Assembly (NCBI RefSeq): GCF_000196355.1
Contig: NC_007614.1
Location: 810,001-842,000 of the forward strand
Direction: 5' to 3'
DNA: 32,000 nucleotides
Source: Nitrosospira multiformis ATCC 25196
GTDB lineage: Bacteria; Pseudomonadota; Gammaproteobacteria; Burkholderiales; Nitrosomonadaceae
In this document: one piece after another, positions 10,123 to 19,680 of the stretch
How positions within the stretch are numbered: position 1 is the first letter of the stretch
Layout of the letters: each line of letters begins with the position of its first letter
Position numbers and translations under genes: made by a program
Notes under the pieces: generated by a model
The model's input: only the letters and a program-made list of their open reading frames with translations
What the model was told of the DNA's origin: nothing
The model's database searches: none

Positions 10123-10142
10123 AATGGAAATTAATGGAAATT
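10123..10142 (+). repeat. perfect 10-bp tandem duplication AATGGAAATT x2 in the sulP upstream region
   Basis: AATGGAAATTAATGGAAATT, ending 54 bp before the sulP ATG (10197). Confidence 0.6.
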
Positions 10143-10196
10143 TGAGATTTTTTTATTCAGGATATTTAAAAATCCAACTAATGGGAGCTATCACTG

Positions 10197-11858
10197 ATGA
10201 GTTCAGCTAATGCATCTACTGCTTCTACCGCTAAACTGACAGTACCGAAAGATGGTCTGGCGGGGATGATGCAGAATTTGAAATACGATTTCACTGCGGG
10301 TTTTTTCGTATTCCTGCTGGCGTTGCCTTTGAGCCTGGGTATTGCGAAGGCGGGAGATTTCCCTCCTGCGATGGGTGTTCTTACGGCCATGATCGGCGGG
10401 GTGCTGGTCGCCCTCTTGGCCGGTTCGCCGCTTACCATCAAAGGGCCTGCGGCGGGTTTGATTACAATCGTCGCAGGGTGTGTTGCCGAAGTCGGCGGCG
10501 GCCCGGAAGGGTGGAAGATGGCCTTGGGCGTCATGGTAGTAGCGGGTGCGCTGCAGGTCGTCATCGGCTTTATGAGAGCAGGTTCACTTAGCGATTTCTT
10601 TCCGTTATCCGCGGTACATGGAATGCTGGCTGCGATCGGGCTTATCATTATTTCGAAGCAGGCGCACATCCTTCTCGGAATAGACCCGGCGACACTGGCG
10701 GGAATGGGACCCGTGAAGCTGTATGCGCAACTCCCTAATTCCATCATGAATCCGAACGTGCCTGTAGCGATAGTCGGGATACTTAGTCTGATTGTCCTAT
10801 TTGGGTTGCCGAAGATAAAAAGTCCACTAGTGAAGAAAATTCCAGCTCCAATGGTGGTATTGCTGATAGCTATCCCCGCTGCCATCGCACTGGATTTCAA
10901 GGGGACGCAACCTGGACACATACTCGTTCATATTGGCGATTTCTGGAAGGAAATTACTTTCAATGCTGACTTCTCACAGATTGGAACGGGTGCATTCTGG
11001 AAATATGTGATCATGTTCCTGCTGGTAGGGAGCCTGGAGTCCTGCCTTACCGTCAAGGCGATTGACAGTCTCGATCCCTGGAGGCGTCAGTCGAATTTCA
11101 ACAAGGACTTGATCGCTGTTGGCACGGGTAATACGCTTGCTGCGGTACTCGGTGGATCGCCCATGATATCGGAAGTCGCACGCAGCTCGGCAAATGTAGG
11201 CTTCGGTGCACGCACCCGCTGGGCCAATTTCTTCCACGGCTTCTGCCTCTTTATATCGATGCTGCTCTTGATCCCTGTGATCGAGATGATTCCGAATGCC
11301 GCCCTGGCAGCCATGCTGATTTTCGTCGGCTATCGCCTGGCCTCGCCGCACGAGTTTTTCAAGACCTACAAGATCGGCAGCGAGCAGTTGACGATCTTCC
11401 TGGTGACGATTGCGGTGACAGTCGCCAGCGACCTGTTGATGGGTATCGGAGCAGGTATTCTCGTCAAATTCGTCTTCCATATCGTAAATGGCGCATCGCT
11501 CGGCAACCTTTTCTCGGCGCGCTATCAATTGAAGCAGACGGGAAATCAGTACTATATGAACGTTCAGGATGCCGCAATATTTTCCAACCTGATCGGCTTC
11601 AAGAAAGTACTGGCCAGGTTTGAACCCAAAAAGGAAGTCGTTCTTGACTTCAGCCAGGCAACCCTGGTCGATCATACCTTCATGGAATTCCTGGAGCATT
11701 TCGAAGAGCAATATGTCGAAAACGGCGGTACCGTGACGGTGACTGGCTTCGATCGCTTCCAACCTTTCTCAGCCCATCCGCTCGCGGGAAGAAAGGCGAA
11801 GAAGGAAAAAGTCAGCGCTACCGCGCCCTCGCTTGATGGTAGCACGTCGAGGGAGTGA
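10197..11858 (+). CDS. SulP/SLC26-family inorganic anion transporter with C-terminal STAS domain (candidate bicarbonate transporter)
   Basis: 553 aa polytopic ORF with GGGAG Shine-Dalgarno at 10183-10187. Contains TAGFFVFLLALPLSLGIAKAGDFPPAMGVLTAMIGG and GSPLTIKGPAAGLITIVAG, plus a STAS-like tail EVVLDFSQATLVDHTFMEFLEHF. Substrate is not determined by sequence. Confidence 0.92.
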   Translation: MSSANASTASTAKLTVPKDGLAGMMQNLKYDFTAGFFVFLLALPLSLGIAKAGDFPPAMGVLTAMIGGVLVALLAGSPLTIKGPAAGLITIVAGCVAEVGGGPEGWKMALGVMVVAGALQVVIGFMRAGSLSDFFPLSAVHGMLAAIGLIIISKQAHILLGIDPATLAGMGPVKLYAQLPNSIMNPNVPVAIVGILSLIVLFGLPKIKSPLVKKIPAPMVVLLIAIPAAIALDFKGTQPGHILVHIGDFWKEITFNADFSQIGTGAFWKYVIMFLLVGSLESCLTVKAIDSLDPWRRQSNFNKDLIAVGTGNTLAAVLGGSPMISEVARSSANVGFGARTRWANFFHGFCLFISMLLLIPVIEMIPNAALAAMLIFVGYRLASPHEFFKTYKIGSEQLTIFLVTIAVTVASDLLMGIGAGILVKFVFHIVNGASLGNLFSARYQLKQTGNQYYMNVQDAAIFSNLIGFKKVLARFEPKKEVVLDFSQATLVDHTFMEFLEHFEEQYVENGGTVTVTGFDRFQPFSAHPLAGRKAKKEKVSATAPSLDGSTSRE

Positions 11859-11895
11859 TGCCTGACCAGCAAACTTCGTAATAAAAGTAATAGAG

Positions 11896-11934
11896 GCACG
11901 GTGGACCGTATCTTCGGTCCATCGTGCTTTTTTT
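11896..11934 (+). terminator. rho-independent terminator downstream of sulP
   Basis: GCACGGTGGACCG - TATCTT - CGGTCCATCGTGC forms a 13-bp stem (one G-U) with a 6-nt loop, followed by TTTTTTT. Confidence 0.92.
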
Positions 11935-12029
11935 GCTCAGGGAAAAGAATGTATCGCAACTTTTATGATACGCAGTGCCCTGTTTCGTACTGCCTGTATC
12001 GAAGGGGGAAGTAAGTGGATTGGAAACCG

Positions 12030-12971
12030 CTACTGGATTTTTGTCCGGGAGGAAGAAGACGGAATACGATTCGTATTTAACGAAGCGATGAGTTTATGGT
12101 AGAGGTCAATGCGACGTACGCTCACCTCGCTCTCCCGCATTGCATTCGCCAATGCGCACCCTGGTTCGCCTGAATGGCGGCAGTTATTGAACTTGCATTT
12201 GCCGATGTAGGGACGAAATTCCCTGAATCCCCAAGCGATAGCTTCAATGCTCAGATGCTGCAAGCCGAACTGCTGAATTCCCGGAGAATCTATGATACGG
12301 GCATTCCTGTCGAGATGATAGAGCCGCGCATGAGTTGTCGTGTGGCGACCTGCGTCGAGGGTGGGGGAAATGTCGCCAGTGGCACGCTCAGCGTCAGGAA
12401 CAAGCGCATTGATGATGGTGGATTTTCCCATACCGGACTGACCCACCAGTACACTGAGATTGTCTTCGAGATAGGGCAGCAGGGGTTTTACGTCGTTTCT
12501 GGCACTGATAGGCAACAAAGTATAGTCGAGTTCCCGATAGAGTGAGAGTCCGTTCAAGGCAACTTTGCTAGGCCCTAGCAGGTCTGTCTTGTTGAGGACG
12601 ATCAGAACACTGAGCTGCTGGCTTTCGGCGGCAACCAGGCAGCGATTTATCAGCTCCTCACTGAAGCTTGGGACTGGCGCCACTACAATGATTACCTGCG
12701 TGGCATTGGCTGCAATGAGTTTTTCGCGGGAGAGATCACTACGGTATAAAAGGGCGCTACGCGGCAAAATCCTTTCGATAACCCCCTGCTCAGACGCCGT
12801 TTGATAGATTTCAACCCAATCGCCGCATGCCGCCCCACTCTTTTTTCCGCGCAACACGCATGTGAGCGTCGATTCATCCGCGGTTTTAACGAGGAAATGC
12901 CTGCCGAAGGCCGCTACGATTTCTCCACGAAGGGGAGGGGAGGTAACGGATGGGCGGCCAGGCGATCTCAA
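12030..12971 (-). CDS. rsgA: ribosome small subunit-dependent GTPase A
   Basis: 313 aa circularly permuted GTPase with LNKTD, GQSGMGKSTIINALVP, DSPGIQQFG, and C-terminal zinc motif CKFNNCRHSGEPGCAL. Confidence 0.95.
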   Translation of the reverse strand: MRSPGRPSVTSPPLRGEIVAAFGRHFLVKTADESTLTCVLRGKKSGAACGDWVEIYQTASEQGVIERILPRSALLYRSDLSREKLIAANATQVIIVVAPVPSFSEELINRCLVAAESQQLSVLIVLNKTDLLGPSKVALNGLSLYRELDYTLLPISARNDVKPLLPYLEDNLSVLVGQSGMGKSTIINALVPDAERATGDISPTLDAGRHTTTHARLYHLDRNARIIDSPGIQQFGLQHLSIEAIAWGFREFRPYIGKCKFNNCRHSGEPGCALANAMRESEVSVRRIDLYHKLIASLNTNRIPSSSSRTKIQ

Positions 12972-13309
12972 ATTTGAAAAAGAGTGTCAATTTTCGCGGC
13001 GCAAATAAAGTCATTCTCCGACAAACCACCGATAGCATGGGTGGTGTATTCCACCTGACATTTGTTGTAACCGACAGTGATGTCGGGATGATGGTCCTCC
13101 CGATGGGATATCCACGCTACAGCGTTAACGAATGCCATTGTTTGATAGTAGTTCTTGAAGCTGAATTCCTTGCGAATCGTTTTTCCAAGATAATTCCAGC
13201 CATCGAGTTGCCGCATCAGCTGAGTTATTTCCTCCTGTGACAAAGGAGGCATCGCTCCTTCACAGGGCTTGCATTGTTTTGTAGCGAGATCATCGATAGT
13301 GGTATCCAT
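12968..13309 (-). CDS. phhB: 4a-hydroxytetrahydrobiopterin dehydratase (pterin-4-alpha-carbinolamine dehydratase)
   Basis: 113 aa ORF with LDGWNYLGKTIRKEFSFKNYYQTMAFVNAVAWISHREDHHPDITVGYNKCQVEYTTHAIGGLSENDFICAAKID. 4-bp overlap with rsgA. Confidence 0.93.
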   Translation of the reverse strand: MDTTIDDLATKQCKPCEGAMPPLSQEEITQLMRQLDGWNYLGKTIRKEFSFKNYYQTMAFVNAVAWISHREDHHPDITVGYNKCQVEYTTHAIGGLSENDFICAAKIDTLFQI

Positions 13310-13340
13310 TCGTGCTCCTGCTGATCAATATAGAACAAAG

Positions 13341-14597
13341 TTAATTATGCGCCAGACTTCTCAACCGCGCTATCCTCAGCGCGGCGGGCGGATGCGAATC
13401 ATAAAATGCCGAGTGCAGAGGATCCGGCGTGAGGGTCGATGCATTGTCCTGATAAAGTTTCAGGAGCGCGCGCACGAGGTCAGCTGCGGAAGCATGGTGG
13501 GCTGCATACTCATCCGCTTCAAACTCGTGTTTGCGCGAGTACAGGCTCCCCAGTGGCTGAAACGGGAAAGTGAACACAGGCATTATCAGGAAAAACAGCA
13601 ACAACGCCATCGCCGTGGAGGGCACTGTCGCAACCGAGACACCCAATCCCTGGTAAAACCAGCCCTGTTGCATCAGGTAGCCGAGGCCCCAGAGAAACAA
13701 CAGACTCATGGCGAATGTCCAGGCAATGCGCTTTATGACATGATGACGCCTGAAATGCCCTAACTCGTGCGCTAACACCGCTTCAATTTCCTGTGCATCC
13801 AGCCGGGACAGCAGGGTATCGAAGAAGACAATCCTTTTTGTTTTGCCGAATCCTGTGAAATAGGCGTTGCCATGATTGCTGCGGCGCGATCCATCCATCA
13901 CGAAAAGACCGCTGGACTTGAAGCCGCATTTCCGCATCAGCTCTTCAATCCGCCTTCTCAAGGAAACATCGTCCAGCAGAGTGAATTTGTTGAAGATAGG
14001 GGCGATCCAGGTAGGGAAGATCGCCAGTACCAGCAAGTTAAAGATCATCCATGCCAGCCAGGCATAAAACCACCAGTATTCACCCATCTTTTCCATCAAC
14101 CACAGGACGGCAAGCAGCAGCGGCATGCCCAGCACGATTCCAAGGGTAAACCGCTTTGCCAGATCAAGGAAGAACATGCGCGGCTTCATTTTGTTGAACC
14201 CGAACTGCTCTTCTATCACGAAGGTACGATAGTAACTCAGGGGTACGCCAACTACGCTCGCCAGGAACATGACACTCGCGATAAGCGCCACCCCCTGCGT
14301 CAACGGATCGCTTGTCCAGTTCGATATAACGGTATGGAGAGTGTTCAGCCCGCCTCCGAGGGTGAGTATCAACAGCAGCACAACATCGAGCAGGATGCTG
14401 GCGTATCCGAGACGGGTTTTCGCACAAGTATAGTCAGCTGCCTTCTGGTGCGCCTTCAATGATATCTGTGACGAAAAATCCCGCGGGACCTGATCGCGAT
14501 GTGAAATGACGTAATCGATGTGCCGTTTCGCCAGCCACATTCGCATAAGCGAAGTGACGGCCAGGACGGTAAGAAAAATGATAGTGAAAGTAGGCAT
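13341..14597 (-). CDS. M48-family (Ste24/CAAX prenyl protease-like) zinc metallopeptidase
   Basis: HEXXH motif EAVLAHELGHFRRHH, multiple TM segments, and C-terminal FYSDHPPAALRIARL-like signature (FYDSHPPAALRIARL). The first 25 residues of the track ORF (to 14672) look like 5' extension; MPTFTIIFLTV is a better start. Confidence 0.93.
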   Translation of the reverse strand: MPTFTIIFLTVLAVTSLMRMWLAKRHIDYVISHRDQVPRDFSSQISLKAHQKAADYTCAKTRLGYASILLDVVLLLILTLGGGLNTLHTVISNWTSDPLTQGVALIASVMFLASVVGVPLSYYRTFVIEEQFGFNKMKPRMFFLDLAKRFTLGIVLGMPLLLAVLWLMEKMGEYWWFYAWLAWMIFNLLVLAIFPTWIAPIFNKFTLLDDVSLRRRIEELMRKCGFKSSGLFVMDGSRRSNHGNAYFTGFGKTKRIVFFDTLLSRLDAQEIEAVLAHELGHFRRHHVIKRIAWTFAMSLLFLWGLGYLMQQGWFYQGLGVSVATVPSTAMALLLFFLIMPVFTFPFQPLGSLYSRKHEFEADEYAAHHASAADLVRALLKLYQDNASTLTPDPLHSAFYDSHPPAALRIARLRSLAHN

Positions 14598-14703
14598 GTG
14601 CAAATTGGAGTTGTACTGCCCCAAATCAGGATTACGGTTGAAGGATGACTGATCAATAGTGATATGACACAATTACATGTCGAAAATTCAGGGCGATTCA
14701 ATT

Positions 14704-15258
14704 ATGACACAAGACAATGGCCGTCTCATCTGGATCGATATGGAAATGAGCGGGCTCAGCCCGGACAGGGACCGCATACTCGAAATCGCTCTGGTCGTAA
14801 CGGATTCGCAGTTGGAGGTTCTTGCAGAAGCTCCGGTGCTGGTCTTGTCGCAATCCGAGTCGGTGCTCGAGGGAATGGATAGCTGGAACAAATCCACGCA
14901 TGCAAAATCGGGCCTGGTGGAAAAGGTGCGGGCATCCGGGCTGACGGAAGCCGAAGTGGAAGTCCATATGATTGCTTTTCTTCAAGAACATATTTCCGCC
15001 GGAGTTTCGCCAATGTGCGGCAATTCGATCTGCCAGGATCGGCGTTTTCTGGCACGCTGGATGCCTCGGCTGGAAGCCTATTTCCATTACCGGAACCTCG
15101 ACGTAAGCACTTTGAAGGAACTGGCAAAACGCTGGAAGCCAGAAATTCTGGCGGGCGTGACGAAACAGTGCAAGCATGAAGCGCTGTCGGATATATACGA
15201 CTCCATTGCGGAGCTGAAATATTACCGTGAACATTTCATGCAGGCGGTAGAGCCATGA
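14704..15258 (+). CDS. orn: oligoribonuclease (DEDDh 3'-5' exonuclease)
   Basis: [50 protein letters not shown] and [39 protein letters not shown]. The track ORF starts at 14677; the in-frame ATG at 14704 is preferred. Confidence 0.96.
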   Translation: MTQDNGRLIWIDMEMSGLSPDRDRILEIALVVTDSQLEVLAEAPVLVLSQSESVLEGMDSWNKSTHAKSGLVEKVRASGLTEAEVEVHMIAFLQEHISAGVSPMCGNSICQDRRFLARWMPRLEAYFHYRNLDVSTLKELAKRWKPEILAGVTKQCKHEALSDIYDSIAELKYYREHFMQAVEP

Positions 15259-15339
15259 GTCGGACCGATATAAAAAAATCCCGGGACTAGGCAGGCTATT
15301 TCCGTACCTCATTTTTCAACTTCTCAGGAAAGATTGAGC

Positions 15340-17898
15340 ATGTCGAAAGGCACCTTGTTTACCATTGCTGTCACCCCGAAGATACCGCCTCGGCTGGCAC
15401 GTCTCGAAGACCTTGCCAACGATCTGTGGTATAGCTGGGATCGAGCCACGCGCTCGCTGTTCTCACGCCTCGACCCAAGTCTGTGGGGAGCCGTCGGGCA
15501 TAATCCGAAGGCTTTCCTCAAGCGGGTGGATGAAACGCTGCTGCTCAAGGCAGCCGAAGATCAGGTTTTCCTGGCCAATTACAATAGCATAGTATCCGCT
15601 TATGACTATTATCATTCGGAGACGTTGTGGAATGGCATCGATGCGAGCCTGAATCCGAGCGACAAGATCGCCTATTTCTGCTTCGAATTTGGTTTTCATG
15701 AGAGTTTCCCGATTTATTCGGGAGGACTTGGCATTCTGGCAGGGGACCACTGTAAGGCCGCCAGTGACTTGCGCCTGCCATTGATCGGCATCGGCTTGCT
15801 CTACCGTCAGGGATATTTCTTCCAGACGATCGATAACCAGGGGAATCAGCAGGTCATTTATGCTGATTCGGATTTTTCGGATTTGCCTGTTGCGCCCGTT
15901 CTGCGGGAGGATGGATCTGAAGTAAGAATAAAAGTGGAATTGCTGCAACGCCCGGTGGCGATAAAGGTCTGGCGGGCAAAAATAGGACATGTAAGTCTGT
16001 ATCTGCTGGACACGGATCTCCCTGAAAACTCACCCGGCGATCGCGACATCACACATCAGCTCTATGGGGGGGACAGAGTGATGCGCATCGAGCAGGAGAT
16101 CGTGCTTGGCGTGGGCGGGATCCGCGCTCTACGAGAAATGGGCATCGAGCCGACGATATGGCATATCAATGAAGGCCATGCGGCTTTCATGATGCTCGAG
16201 CGCATTCGCGGCCACGTGCAGCAAGGCCTGGATTTTCCCGCGGCGCTCGAAGCTGTAGCCGCAAGCACCGTATTTACGACTCATACGGCAGTGCCGGCCG
16301 GCCACGATCACTTCAGCGACGACATGATGAATGCCTATTTTGAGCCGTTCTATCGTGATCTCAAAATTACACGCGAGGACTTTCTCGCGCTTGGGCGTGT
16401 CCCGGGGAGTGATGATTTCAACATGACCGATCTCGCCATCCGGGCTTCGCGCTATCAGAATGGTGTAAGCAAGATCCACGGGAATGTATCTGCGCGCATC
16501 TGCAAGGATGTATGGCCGCAGATCGAGCCGGAAGAAAATCCGATGTCATACATCACGAACGGAGTGCATGTTCCCACGTTTCTCGCGCAGGAATGGGCCG
16601 ACCTGTTCGACCGCTACCTGGGATACGAGTGGCGCAATAACATGTGCGATACAGAATACTGGTCGCGCATCGATACCATTCCTGATCATCTATTCTGGAG
16701 TGTCCGGCAAACTCTGAAATCCCAAATGTTCTATGGCATACGCGCGCGCCTCACCACGCAGAATGCCCGGAATCATGGTTCCGAAGCGCATCTTGACCGG
16801 CTTCTGCGCTTTACCGATCCTATTAATCCGAACATCCTGACACTCGGCTTTGGCCGGCGCTTCGCCACCTATAAGCGCGCGACCCTGCTATTCGAGGATC
16901 TCGATTGGTTGCGCAGAATCATGCTTGACCAGGAACACCCGGTGATGATCGTCTTTGCCGGAAAAGCGCATCCTGCCGACGTGCCTGGACAGGATTTGAT
17001 CCGGAGAGTGAGCGAGATTGCGCGAATGCCCGAATTCGAGGGCCAGATTCTCCTGGTCGAAGATTATGATCTCCGCCTTGCCCGTCGTCTGGTGGCCGGC
17101 GTGGACGTATGGATCAACAGTCCCGTGTATCCATTGGAAGCAAGCGGAACCTCAGGCATGAAGGCAGGCATAAACGGAACCATCAATCTGAGCGTCCTCG
17201 ATGGGTGGTGGGGGGAAGGCTATGACGGAAAGAATGGCTGGGCCATCAAGCCGGGACCCGAGAATATGGATGCAGTGCGTCGCGACAAGGAGGAAAGCAA
17301 GGATTTTTATGAAACGCTGCAGGATCACGTAGTCCCCCTTTACTATAACCGCGATAAGCTGGGCTATTCTTCGGGCTGGGTAAAGATGGCCAAGAACTCG
17401 ATGAAGTCGCTGTTGCCGCGTTACAACGCCACCCGCATGATAACCGAATACACCATGAAGTTTTACCTGCCGGCAAAAAAGCAGGGCGCGCTTTATGCGG
17501 CGGATGACTTCAGCAATGCAAGGAAGATAGCCGCTTGGAAAGCGTTCGTAAGAGAAGCATGGCCAGGGGTTACGATCCGACGCCTGGATAAGCCTTTCAG
17601 CCAGATCAGCTTCGGGGAGGCAGTGGATTTTCGTGTTGCCGTCCGGTTGAACGGGTTACATCCGGAGGATGTGGTGGTCGAACTGCTGATCTGTCGTCGA
17701 TTGAAAAAGACTACGCTATGCTCGTTCAAGCACGTCCGCTTCCAGTTCAGGGGTATCGAGGAAGAATCGGCGGAGCACCTGTTCGAACTGGACCATACGC
17801 CCGATTTGTGTGGCAAGCTGGACTACTATATCCGGGTTTATCCCTATCATGCCTTATTGACCCATCCATTCGAGATGGGCATGATGGTGTGGCTGTAG
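15340..17898 (+). CDS. glgP: alpha-glucan (glycogen/starch) phosphorylase, DUF3417-containing type
   Basis: About 850 aa ORF with FCFEFGFHESFPIYSGGLGILAGDHCKAASDL, HINEGHAAFMMLERI, FAGKAHPADVPGQDLI and YPLEASGTSGMKAGINGTINLSVLDGWWGEGY. Confidence 0.93.
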   Translation: MSKGTLFTIAVTPKIPPRLARLEDLANDLWYSWDRATRSLFSRLDPSLWGAVGHNPKAFLKRVDETLLLKAAEDQVFLANYNSIVSAYDYYHSETLWNGIDASLNPSDKIAYFCFEFGFHESFPIYSGGLGILAGDHCKAASDLRLPLIGIGLLYRQGYFFQTIDNQGNQQVIYADSDFSDLPVAPVLREDGSEVRIKVELLQRPVAIKVWRAKIGHVSLYLLDTDLPENSPGDRDITHQLYGGDRVMRIEQEIVLGVGGIRALREMGIEPTIWHINEGHAAFMMLERIRGHVQQGLDFPAALEAVAASTVFTTHTAVPAGHDHFSDDMMNAYFEPFYRDLKITREDFLALGRVPGSDDFNMTDLAIRASRYQNGVSKIHGNVSARICKDVWPQIEPEENPMSYITNGVHVPTFLAQEWADLFDRYLGYEWRNNMCDTEYWSRIDTIPDHLFWSVRQTLKSQMFYGIRARLTTQNARNHGSEAHLDRLLRFTDPINPNILTLGFGRRFATYKRATLLFEDLDWLRRIMLDQEHPVMIVFAGKAHPADVPGQDLIRRVSEIARMPEFEGQILLVEDYDLRLARRLVAGVDVWINSPVYPLEASGTSGMKAGINGTINLSVLDGWWGEGYDGKNGWAIKPGPENMDAVRRDKEESKDFYETLQDHVVPLYYNRDKLGYSSGWVKMAKNSMKSLLPRYNATRMITEYTMKFYLPAKKQGALYAADDFSNARKIAAWKAFVREAWPGVTIRRLDKPFSQISFGEAVDFRVAVRLNGLHPEDVVVELLICRRLKKTTLCSFKHVRFQFRGIEEESAEHLFELDHTPDLCGKLDYYIRVYPYHALLTHPFEMGMMVWL

Positions 17899-17972
17899 GT
17901 TTCCTCATCTGCCCCTGTCTTCTTCTCTACCTGCCTCTGTCCGTCGTGCAGATAGGGTCCTTGCGTTGGGGC

Positions 17973-19463
17973 CTATCGTTTCTGATTGAGCAGCGACAGG
18001 TAGATTTTCCGGTAGTCGGTTGCGCTGGCACGCCAGCTGAAATCCTGTACCATACCATTTCGCATCAGACGATCCCAAACCGGTTTGTCCCGATACGCCG
18101 CAACAGCCCTCTCCAATGCCCCCAGAAAGGCCTCGGGTGTCAGTTCATGAAATACGAAACCCGTGGCGGTTCCATCAGCCAGGCTCTCCGCCGTGCAGTC
18201 AACCACGGTATCGAGCAAGCCGCCCGTTCCATGAACGAGGGGAGGAGTGCCATAGCACTGGCTGTACATCTGATTCAGGCCACAGGGTTCAAATCTTGAT
18301 GGCATCAGGAAGCAGTCAGCCCCTGCCTCTATCAGATGCGCGAGTTTTTCGTCAAAACCGATACGTACCGCCATTTTTCCGGGATGATTTCTTGCCATCC
18401 GCATCAGCTCCTGCTCCAGCATCGTCTCGCCACTCCCCAGAATAACGAGTTGCCCGGGTATGTCAATCAGTTGTGTGATGATCCGCAAAAGCAGATCATA
18501 GCCTTTCTGATAAGTGAGGCGGCTCACTGCGCCAAACAGCGGAACATCAGGATCGACGGTAAGCCCTAGTTGCTGTTGCAGCGCTGCCTTGTTGATGACT
18601 TTGCCGGACAGATCATCCATCGAATAGTTTTGCTCAAGATGGGGATCATTGACAGGATTCCATTCATCGGAAATGCCGTTCACGATGCCCGTGATGTGCT
18701 CGTGCCGCAGGGAAAGCAGTCCCTCCATTCCAAAACCGAGAGGCGCAACCTGAATCTCCCTCGCATAGGTAGGACTTACAGTGACGATATGGTCGCAATA
18801 GTAGAGCCCGGCCTTGAGGAAGGACATGCCTCCATAATATTCCACCCCTTCGGTATGGAAGCTGGTCTGAGGCAATCCCAGTTGAGATACAGTCTCGGGA
18901 GAAAACACCCCTTGAAAAGCGAGGTTATGAATCACCATCAGAGATGCTGCCTTTGTTCCCTTATGGAAATGGAGATAGGCAGGTACCAGGCCGCTTTGCC
19001 AGTCATTGCAATGAACAACGTCCGGATGCCAGTCCAAAGGGCTGGCGTCGCTTGCCAGAATGGCGCCGATTTTTGAGAGAAGACCAAAGCGTATCGCATT
19101 ATCGGGCCAGTTGTGCCCCTGGGGGTCGGTGTAGGGACCTCCGTCACGCCGGTAGAGTTCCGGGCAATCAATAATGAACAGTGGAACATTGCCAGAGGCG
19201 CCAAATGGCAACCTTGCCGATAGCAGTGTTGCTGCCGGAAATGAGGATTGAGCGGCAAACTCCGCTATCTTCTGCTTGTTTTTCAATCCATTGAGTATCT
19301 GGGGATAGCCCGGAATGAGTATGCGCACATCCATTCCGAGTTCACTCAAGGCGGTGGGCAAGGCGGCGCTCACTTCCCCCAGCCCTCCGGTTTTGTTAAG
19401 AGGGTGAATCTCGGGTGTGATGAATAGAACGTCGAGGTGCGGATAGGATTGTGCAGGAGTCAT
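17973..19463 (-). CDS. glgA: glycogen synthase (GT5)
   Basis: 496 aa ORF with LFITPEIHPLNKTGGLGEVSAALP, HCNDWQSGLVPAYL, SRLTYQKGYDLLL and MPSRFEPCGLNQMYSQCYGTPPLVHGTGGLLDTV. Confidence 0.95.
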   Translation of the reverse strand: MTPAQSYPHLDVLFITPEIHPLNKTGGLGEVSAALPTALSELGMDVRILIPGYPQILNGLKNKQKIAEFAAQSSFPAATLLSARLPFGASGNVPLFIIDCPELYRRDGGPYTDPQGHNWPDNAIRFGLLSKIGAILASDASPLDWHPDVVHCNDWQSGLVPAYLHFHKGTKAASLMVIHNLAFQGVFSPETVSQLGLPQTSFHTEGVEYYGGMSFLKAGLYYCDHIVTVSPTYAREIQVAPLGFGMEGLLSLRHEHITGIVNGISDEWNPVNDPHLEQNYSMDDLSGKVINKAALQQQLGLTVDPDVPLFGAVSRLTYQKGYDLLLRIITQLIDIPGQLVILGSGETMLEQELMRMARNHPGKMAVRIGFDEKLAHLIEAGADCFLMPSRFEPCGLNQMYSQCYGTPPLVHGTGGLLDTVVDCTAESLADGTATGFVFHELTPEAFLGALERAVAAYRDKPVWDRLMRNGMVQDFSWRASATDYRKIYLSLLNQKR

Positions 19464-19680
19464 GGCTTTTTCCGTTTACTGTTCATTGTGGGGAGCTGGA
19501 CTTAACTCGGGCGGGGAGCATAGGCATATCGCTATGGGGCGCCCGTATGCTGAGGACCATTATTGATTATTGCCGCAGCATTACCAGGGAAACTCTAAAC
19601 AAAGCCTCCGTCGCGCCTGTGAGGGATTTGTTCAGGGGTTCCCAGGGCTATGGACTTGTCTCGAGGATCAACCTGCTCCC

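Noticed and set aside
10178-11762. Long minus-strand ORFs (247 and 262 aa) opposite sulP
   Set aside because: Shadow ORFs of a clearly coding SulP gene.
4881-11858. Carboxysome, RuBisCO, CbbR or separate carbonic anhydrase gene accompanying dabAB
   Set aside because: None of the ORFs in the window shows these families, so the locus should not be called a full CO2-concentrating gene cluster.
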